DNA from: a bacterium | GTDB taxonomy: Bacteria > Sysuimicrobiota > Sysuimicrobiia > Sysuimicrobiales > Kaftiobacteriaceae | DNA: 16,285 nt | Reading direction: 5' to 3' | Assembly (NCBI GenBank): GCA_044868695.1 | Contig: JBIOWP010000020.1 | Location: forward strand, 1-16,285 | Shown here: one piece after another, positions 14,922 to 16,285 of the stretch | Numbering within the stretch: the stretch's first letter is position 1 | Layout: every line of letters starts with the position of its first letter | Program-made: the position numbers and the translations under genes | The notes under the pieces: generated by a model | What the model was told of the DNA's origin: nothing | Seen by the model: only the letters and a program-made list of their open reading frames with translations | Database searches by the model: none

Positions 14922-15647
14922 ATGGCGATCCATCTGACGTTTCAGACGGCAGAGGGAGCGTTCGCCGGCACGGTGGAGGAGGGAGGGGTCTTTCACGAGG
15001 CCCTGGAGCGGCTCCTGCCCGAGCATCTGCGGGTGGGCCGGCGAATTACGATCCGGACGCCGCGCGGGGAAGCTGTCTATCCCGATATGTTTGTCGGAGA
15101 AACGGCCGCCCACTTCGCCACACAGACATTTGCCGTCGCGAGTGAGCCCCTCCGCGGCCTGCCCGGGGCGTGGCGGAACCTCGGGTTTGATCACCTGGCG
15201 ATCGCCGTGGCCGACCGGCAGGAAGCACGGCGGTTCTTTGGCGATGTTTTGGGCATGCAGGTGATTCGCGAGGACGACCACCAAACAGTCCTGACCACCG
15301 GCCACACGGCGATCTTTCTCTTTGGGACCCGCCCCGGACCCCTCAACCCGGGGATCCCGTCGCACGTTCACCACATCGGGTTCGTGGTCGACGACCTGGA
15401 AGCGGCCTGGCATACCATACGCAGCCGCGGCCTCCAGTCCGACTACATGGTGCTCGAGCGCGACGAGCGTTGGTCACTTTACTTTTTCTATCAGAACGGC
15501 GACGCGCGGTTTATGATCCAGCTGTCACAGATTAAGGACGGATACCGCGGCTTCGCCGACCCCCATCGATTCTCCGACCTGATGTATGACTACAGCCGGG
15601 GGCGTTACGGGGTGCGATTCGGCGATCGGCGCGGCCCTGCGGATTGA
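14922..15647 (+). CDS. VOC (glyoxalase/bleomycin resistance/dioxygenase) family protein with an extra N-terminal domain of about 80 aa, 241 aa
   Basis: ATG 14922 after GGAGG. FDHLAIAVAD..EARRFFGDVLGM and VHHIGFVVDDLEAA are paired VOC modules. Confidence 0.85.
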   Translation: MAIHLTFQTAEGAFAGTVEEGGVFHEALERLLPEHLRVGRRITIRTPRGEAVYPDMFVGETAAHFATQTFAVASEPLRGLPGAWRNLGFDHLAIAVADRQEARRFFGDVLGMQVIREDDHQTVLTTGHTAIFLFGTRPGPLNPGIPSHVHHIGFVVDDLEAAWHTIRSRGLQSDYMVLERDERWSLYFFYQNGDARFMIQLSQIKDGYRGFADPHRFSDLMYDYSRGRYGVRFGDRRGPAD

Positions 15648-15690
15648 CTGCCTCCGCCCCGCTTCCTGCGCCGCCCACCGCCGGTCCTAC

Positions 15691-15713
15691 TCGTCGGTGC
15701 CAGGCACCGACGA
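15691..15713. repeat. REP-like palindrome, copy 1
   Basis: TCGTCGGTGCC-A-GGCACCGACGA: perfect 11-bp arms around a 1-nt centre, upstream of the Y1 transposase. Confidence 0.8.
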
Positions 15714-15774
15714 AAATCGCGTGGTTGCCCACCAGCACGTACCCACCGGCCCCACGAATAGCTCACTTGAGTCA

Positions 15775-15803
15775 TGGACATCCCCCCACCCTACGCCTAT
15801 TAA
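15775..15803 (+). promoter_or_regulatory. Candidate sigma-70 promoter of the transposase
   Basis: TGGACA (15775-15780), 17 nt, TATTAA (15798-15803); a locally AT-rich patch. Confidence 0.5.
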
Positions 15804-15824
15804 TCGGTGACAGGCACCGACGAA
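15804..15824. repeat. REP-like palindrome, copy 2
   Basis: TCGGTGACAGGCACCGACGAA matches 15694-15714 (TCGGTGCCAGGCACCGACGAA) at 20 of 21 positions, 110 bp downstream in direct orientation. Confidence 0.8.
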
Positions 15825-15849
15825 TTTCGTGCGGAGGGCGGGGAACGAC

Positions 15850-16285
15850 ATGGTGCGTCCACCTCGACTGGCCTTCGCCGAGGCAACGTACCACATCACC
15901 GCGCGGGGGAACAATGGTTCAGACATATTCACGGATGACTACGACCGTTATGCATATCTAGCGCTTCTGGCCAGGTGCGCCAGGGCCCAGATGGTACGAC
16001 TTTTCGCCTACGCGCTTATGACAACCCACGTACACCTCGTGCTCCAAACCACGGCTCCCAACATCTCACAGGCGATTCATGTCCTGCACAGTCCGTATGC
16101 GAATGCATTCAATCGGCGGCACGGCCTCCGGGGGCACCTGTTTGAGGGCCGGTTCCGCAGCAAGCTCGTCGGCGACGATGCGTATTTGCTGGAAGCGACC
16201 CGATACACCCACTTGAATCCGGTGCGCGCCGGTGCCGTCAAAAACCCCAAAGACTTTATCTGGACGAGCTACCGGGCTTACATCA
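15850..16285 (+). CDS. REP-associated tyrosine transposase (RAYT/TnpA-REP, Y1 HUH, IS200-like fold), 3' end runs off the window
   Basis: Not in the ORF track. Hand translation: MVRPPRLAFAEATYHITARGNNGSDIFTDDYDR...FAYALMTTHVHL (HUH)...YANAFNRRHGLRGHLFEGRFRS...RYTHLNPVRAG (catalytic Tyr)...WTSYRAY. Open to the window edge. Confidence 0.93.
   Translation, partial: MVRPPRLAFAEATYHITARGNNGSDIFTDDYDRYAYLALLARCARAQMVRLFAYALMTTHVHLVLQTTAPNISQAIHVLHSPYANAFNRRHGLRGHLFEGRFRSKLVGDDAYLLEATRYTHLNPVRAGAVKNPKDFIWTSYRAYI

Noticed and set aside
15691..15717. Palindrome copy 1 as an intrinsic terminator of the VOC gene
   Set aside because: It is followed by an A-run rather than a U-tract on the plus strand, and is repeated 110 bp downstream.
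15694..15824. Two 21-bp direct repeats as a possible mini CRISPR array
   Set aside because: Only two short copies with an 89-bp gap and no cas genes. The adjacent RAYT explains them better.
15532..15961. Small ORFs between the VOC gene and the transposase
   Set aside because: No recognisable motifs. They run through the palindromes and overlap the transposase out of frame.

Overview
GC-rich bacterial chromosomal segment, mostly encoded on the minus strand, with four blocks. (1) A hydantoin/Asp-Glu racemase gene heads a Dpp/Opp-type ABC importer operon (binding protein, two permeases, ATPase running off the left edge); its family-5 binding protein looks circularly permuted. (2) Endonuclease III, then two paralogous, cysteine-rich secreted S8 (thermitase-like) proteases flanking an oppositely oriented M24 Xaa-Pro peptidase. 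(3) A translationally coupled six-gene operon (tetR, split-barrel flavin-binding protein, NitT/TauT-type binding protein, ATPase, permease, menA) with a perfect 18-bp operator and a divergent VOC-domain gene. This is best read as a candidate uptake/salvage system for a menaquinone (vitamin K2) head-group precursor. (4) At the right edge, a REP-associated tyrosine (Y1 HUH) transposase missed by the ORF track, preceded by two REP-like palindromes, one directly behind its predicted -10 box. No rRNA, tRNA or CRISPR array was seen. All calls are from reading motifs by eye; no searches were run.
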